Positions 31,101 through 33,702 of a stretch of DNA of 33,702 bases are shown here, one piece after another. Positions within the stretch are counted from its first letter, which is position 1, and each line of letters opens with the position of its first letter. Source of the DNA: Candidatus Nanopelagicales bacterium (GTDB lineage: Bacteria; Actinomycetota; Actinomycetes; S36-B12); NCBI GenBank assembly GCA_044240285.1, contig JBIHZU010000003.1:1-33702 (forward strand). Direction: 5' to 3'. Made by a program: the position numbers and the translations under genes. Under the pieces are notes generated by a model, which saw only the letters and a program-made list of their open reading frames with translations, searched no databases and was not told the DNA's origin.

Positions 31101-33702
31101 GTCCAGAGATCGCGCATGAGGTTGACGTGGTGATGCACTGCCCAAAGGAGAGCCCGACGTAGGAGGCGGTCACCTGATAACCAATGATCGTGGTGTCACC
31201 GACAGTGGGTGGGGCAACCCATTCGAGATTTACTGTGCCCGAACCGCCCGATACCGCTGTAAGACTAATCGGCGGGCCGGCGCCGATAACCACGTCAGAA
31301 ATCGTCGACGTCCAACGAACACGTCCCGTGGCTACCGTCTGGGTGAATACACGTCCCGTCGCGGCGGAGGTGTAGGTCGCCCTCAGAGTTTCACCAACAC
31401 CTGCATCGCGAACATCGTTCGGGAAGCGGCCCGTCGCCCGACAGTCGGTCGAACAGACAATTGATGGATTGACAATTTCCGCATCAGGACCGGGTGTCTG
31501 TCCGGTAGCAAACGCGACGGTACCGAGAGAACCGGGTCCCCCTACCGTGAGCGTCGCTGTAGCGGCCTCGCCAGGACGCGTGCCAGCTGAATCCACGGTA
31601 AGAATCATTGACACCGCACTTGGCTCAACGGACACAGTGATCGGGGCCGTTGTCCGCTGGAAGCCCGAACGGCCACCACCTGCGACCACAATAAGGTTTT
31701 GGTTCCCAGCCAAAGTGGGTGTCATGTGTAGAACAGCGTTGCCTGAAGCATCCGTGAGCACAACAGCCGTGGACACCATCGTTCCGAAAGAGTCCTCGAC
31801 ATGCACCGGGACTCCTACGGCGAGAGGCGCCAGACTGGTGACTGCGAGATTAGCGTTGATCACCACATCACCACCGACATACGGAACTGGCGACGATGCC
31901 ACCGTCGCGGTGACAACGGGTGTGGGTGTTTGCGCAAGGGTGACCGGGAACATGCCACTCGTTGCACTGCACTCGCTGCCTTCCGCAACTTGCACCGTAA
32001 GGTCCTGAGTGCCGCTGGCCGTGGCAGCGAGCGCGAACCTTCCTCCGTTGGCCAAGGTGCCCGAGCCGAGTACTTTGCCCGCTGAGTCAGTCACGGTCGC
32101 AATGCTCCGAAGACACGGGAGCGTTGCAGTGCGGCCGGTGGAATCGGCTCCCACAAAGTTAGCCGCCACTGTAGCTACGCCAGGAACGCCGGCTCCGGCT
32201 GGGTACGAGAATGTTGCCGTGAGGTTCTGGGCTGGTCGGCTGCTTGCCTCCAACCAACCGCTCAGAAAGTTGAATCCCACATCGACGGTAGAGTTGTCTG
32301 GGCTCCCATCGAAGCCGACGCGAAGTGACGAACTCCCGGTCGAAATAGGCACGAGGAAAGTCGCCTCACGATTCACCAGCCAACCTTCGTAGACCTTCCC
32401 GTCGAGCATCAGCCTGACCGCACCTTGCGGGGCACGACTCAGACCCCAACCATACTTCTCTTCCACTCGGACCGTGATTCGGTGATAACCGGTGTCGGTG
32501 AGAACGGCTCCCACAATCGGGGTAGATCCATCAAGCACCGCCGTAATGATTGGACGCGCCGGAAGCAGATTGGGCTTGACCTCAAACTCTACTGAGCGCG
32601 TTGCGCTTCGGCCGTTCTCGTCGCTAGCTGCGATGACAGCGGTCCACTTACCTTGTGCCAACGTAACGGCCGAGGTGAACACATTGTTGTTTCGAGCAGC
32701 CCACGTGCGGGAGGGATTAGTAGAGATCCATTCAAAGCCACCTTGGGCACCCGATGTTCCGTTCCAGCCTTGGTAATAGGTGATGCTTCCATCTTGCGCA
32801 TAGGACAGATTGGAGGTGTCGGCTGATCCGGCCTTTATGCCATATCCACCCGAAATTGTGCCGACCAATCGAGCAGAAGGGATTACTTGCCCGTTAGAAG
32901 GGTTAGAGAGCTCAATAGTGGGTGGACTCGTATCAATGGTGAATTCCCGTGGAGTGGAGTAGCCCACGAGGCCCCCGTTGTTGGCCTGCGACACCCGAAT
33001 CACCCAGCGGCCTTCGGGAACGTAGATCTCCTTAGTCCAGCGACCATCCGCTGCCCAGGCATTCACCGTGACGGTCGAGTAAGGGGACTCCACGATTGTG
33101 GGCCATGCGGCGATGTCACTACGCCGATAGAGACTAAGGGTTAGGTCACGCAGATCTCCCGTGCGCGTGGACCTTAATCCAGCTACTTGGACACTCGTGA
33201 ACGAATAGGTATCCCACCTGCCGGAGCTCTCCATGTCGATGTACGCAGAGGGATAAGGGACCTCTCCATTAAGCGTGAAGGTTGCCGATCCTGAGACGCG
33301 CTGGATTCCCGTGCCATCTTGGGTGGTGCACACTCCCGAGTTGCTGATTGCGATGCACTTTGTGTACGCCACCGCCAACCGAGTCGCGGCAGTAAACGTG
33401 TAAGACCCGTTGGGATAGGCGCCGACTAACGTGCAGGTCCAGTTGCTCCCAGAAACGACTGGCGTGCAGGTCTTGACGGCCGATGCGGCGAGCTGGCTCG
33501 GGAAGCTAGTGATGGTGACATCCGTGCCCAATATGCTCAATGGCACTATCTCGGAGACGGGCAAGGTACCGGTGACCGTGATCGTCTGGGTACTTGACGG
33601 ATTGCTAGATCCAGGATCACGTTCACCAGTCACCGTCGCAAGTGTGACCACCGGCGCGGGAAGAGTGACTGCGAAGGTTGAGGTCGCACTCCCGGCGCCT
33701 TG
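28108..33702 (-). CDS. Giant Ig-like/fibronectin type III domain protein, probably extracellular; 5' end outside the window
   Basis: The frame stays open from the window edge (QGAGSATSTFAVTLPAPVVTL...) to TAG 28108, at least 1864 aa. Thr/Ser/Val/Gly/Ala-rich beta-strand composition, Big-like segment (FTIDTSPPTIELSNP), FN3 module at about 31020-31280, many short Cys pairs, hydrophobic helical region at about 29060-29470. Confidence 0.85.
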   Translation of the reverse strand, partial: QGAGSATSTFAVTLPAPVVTLATVTGERDPGSSNPSSTQTITVTGTLPVSEIVPLSILGTDVTITSFPSQLAASAVKTCTPVVSGSNWTCTLVGAYPNGSYTFTAATRLAVAYTKCIAISNSGVCTTQDGTGIQRVSGSATFTLNGEVPYPSAYIDMESSGRWDTYSFTSVQVAGLRSTRTGDLRDLTLSLYRRSDIAAWPTIVESPYSTVTVNAWAADGRWTKEIYVPEGRWVIRVSQANNGGLVGYSTPREFTIDTSPPTIELSNPSNGQVIPSARLVGTISGGYGIKAGSADTSNLSYAQDGSITYYQGWNGTSGAQGGFEWISTNPSRTWAARNNNVFTSAVTLAQGKWTAVIAASDENGRSATRSVEFEVKPNLLPARPIITAVLDGSTPIVGAVLTDTGYHRITVRVEEKYGWGLSRAPQGAVRLMLDGKVYEGWLVNREATFLVPISTGSSSLRVGFDGSPDNSTVDVGFNFLSGWLEASSRPAQNLTATFSYPAGAGVPGVATVAANFVGADSTGRTATLPCLRSIATVTDSAGKVLGSGTLANGGRFALAATASGTQDLTVQVAEGSECSATSGMFPVTLAQTPTPVVTATVASSPVPYVGGDVVINANLAVTSLAPLAVGVPVHVEDSFGTMVSTAVVLTDASGNAVLHMTPTLAGNQNLIVVAGGGRSGFQRTTAPITVSVEPSAVSMILTVDSAGTRPGEAATATLTVGGPGSLGTVAFATGQTPGPDAEIVNPSIVCSTDCRATGRFPNDVRDAGVGETLRATYTSAATGRVFTQTVATGRVRWTSTISDVVIGAGPPISLTAVSGGSGTVNLEWVAPPTVGDTTIIGYQVTASYVGLSFGQCITTSTSCAISGLPNDTAILFTAITRTSAGDSGAVTVTAAASGQVNQTPVPVSPRQLLHDSVLRDHLVPVSTKVLFPSSMAANLRTGTVTFHAVRPVFCGRTGVGSTGVNTYCTPTRHDVTVDLATGATTDTLVINNVNRSAITEQSLAAAGLTINMLTPKSSVSVASEAGGFAVTVTSQVFVGAYETGVTADYAPARSTAVTTARTAHEAGVHGAGAPVIRMDIASANITGGTYAPINNSLHREGSERVLSWSNWGVRDPRVGETAFVRATIDPVFGVDDDAYVPMALAVSQPGTKPLFVAPDSSWSNDRLYSATEMYGSERQTINAASIPFGGQEQWRSAVAGTGLTCLTRCIVWSMRNVDSADAVDIGGLTVGTRDIGIMSYADSGHGLVSTTLNVSPWATTQMAEVALTSESAGQKLRVLTAARWTGMAPEVQTSMANVMVSLQLTHSGVSQIIAICFYSGVCLSSDGNGTTFLKPEITPIGGRMAMEIDPSSLGFTLTSADTLIVTTTTPWGISSASSSLPLNATSIAVNTTGSAIVSASGQWLGGVLQEPSPIHSTWWWAANTAMDWFRNAQHSLWMAIFRSEAVAAFLMTVTAVALSMIPVYNIFSAMTCSTWTCAALAIGSTVAGPVFAGLKAGFVAFKAARAAAIAARPATAAASAPGRVAQFLTAAKSGATAAALRVTTSMPVQVARQMAWAAQFRIGKINQGWLYFGKLATQTVQAEIVKAIVPGRVSFDEIVASYLDEAIDEYARSGPANDPAFRETPDYTLLVGDQMVAADDTEEGQRVVAWNQAIADAYAAVAAANPPQPIDIGYGVGVSMQFAQQFSSQISIALPNLANVNLSASRVQAMIMPSAYDAAADNLLHARSPSAGEATGYATLGTCSFDGSCATLDGITATVFRGSLEISGLFPQSVSWFPRGAWIKYLVTVVSNSGAITTYRAAANIPFPGRVATNIEAGDSGAVTMAYVRPHGTDPVGPYTPWPTGAFDPKIDYPADTAILTGGL

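Noticed and set aside
28108-33702. Classical Rhs/CDI toxin-immunity pair or sortase-anchored adhesin
   Set aside because: No YD/RHS repeats, RHS core motif, Hint domain, downstream immunity ORF or LPxTG sorting signal in the visible part.

Overview
GC-rich actinobacterial chromosomal segment, almost all on the minus strand. The right two-thirds is the conserved actinobacterial housekeeping run: glmS-acpS-nnr-alr-alpha/beta hydrolase-tsaE-tsaB/rimI (fused)-tsaD, a SAM methyltransferase, groES-groEL1 with two CIRCE operators, whiD/whiB3, then guaB-guaB3-glpD-choD-DUF4190-guaA. Three parts stand out. (1) Directly after guaA is a form I aerobic Mo-Cu CO dehydrogenase cluster (xdhC, small unassigned ORF, coxM, coxS, coxL with AYRCSFR, a CoxF/XdhC fused to a YHS/TRASH metal-binding domain, and coxG running off the window). 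(2) A MerR-type regulator with the CarH/LitR cobalamin-photoreceptor motifs is divergent from whiD/whiB3, and the whiD promoter carries tandem 11-bp direct repeats resembling a CarH operator; this suggests a possible light/B12-to-WhiB3 circuit. (3) A giant (at least 1864 aa, 5'-truncated) Ig/FN3-rich, Cys-paired protein with a late hydrophobic segment lies upstream of glmS. Six genes look leaderless. No rRNA, tRNA, CRISPR, transposase or integrase was seen. All calls come from motif recognition by eye; no database search was run.
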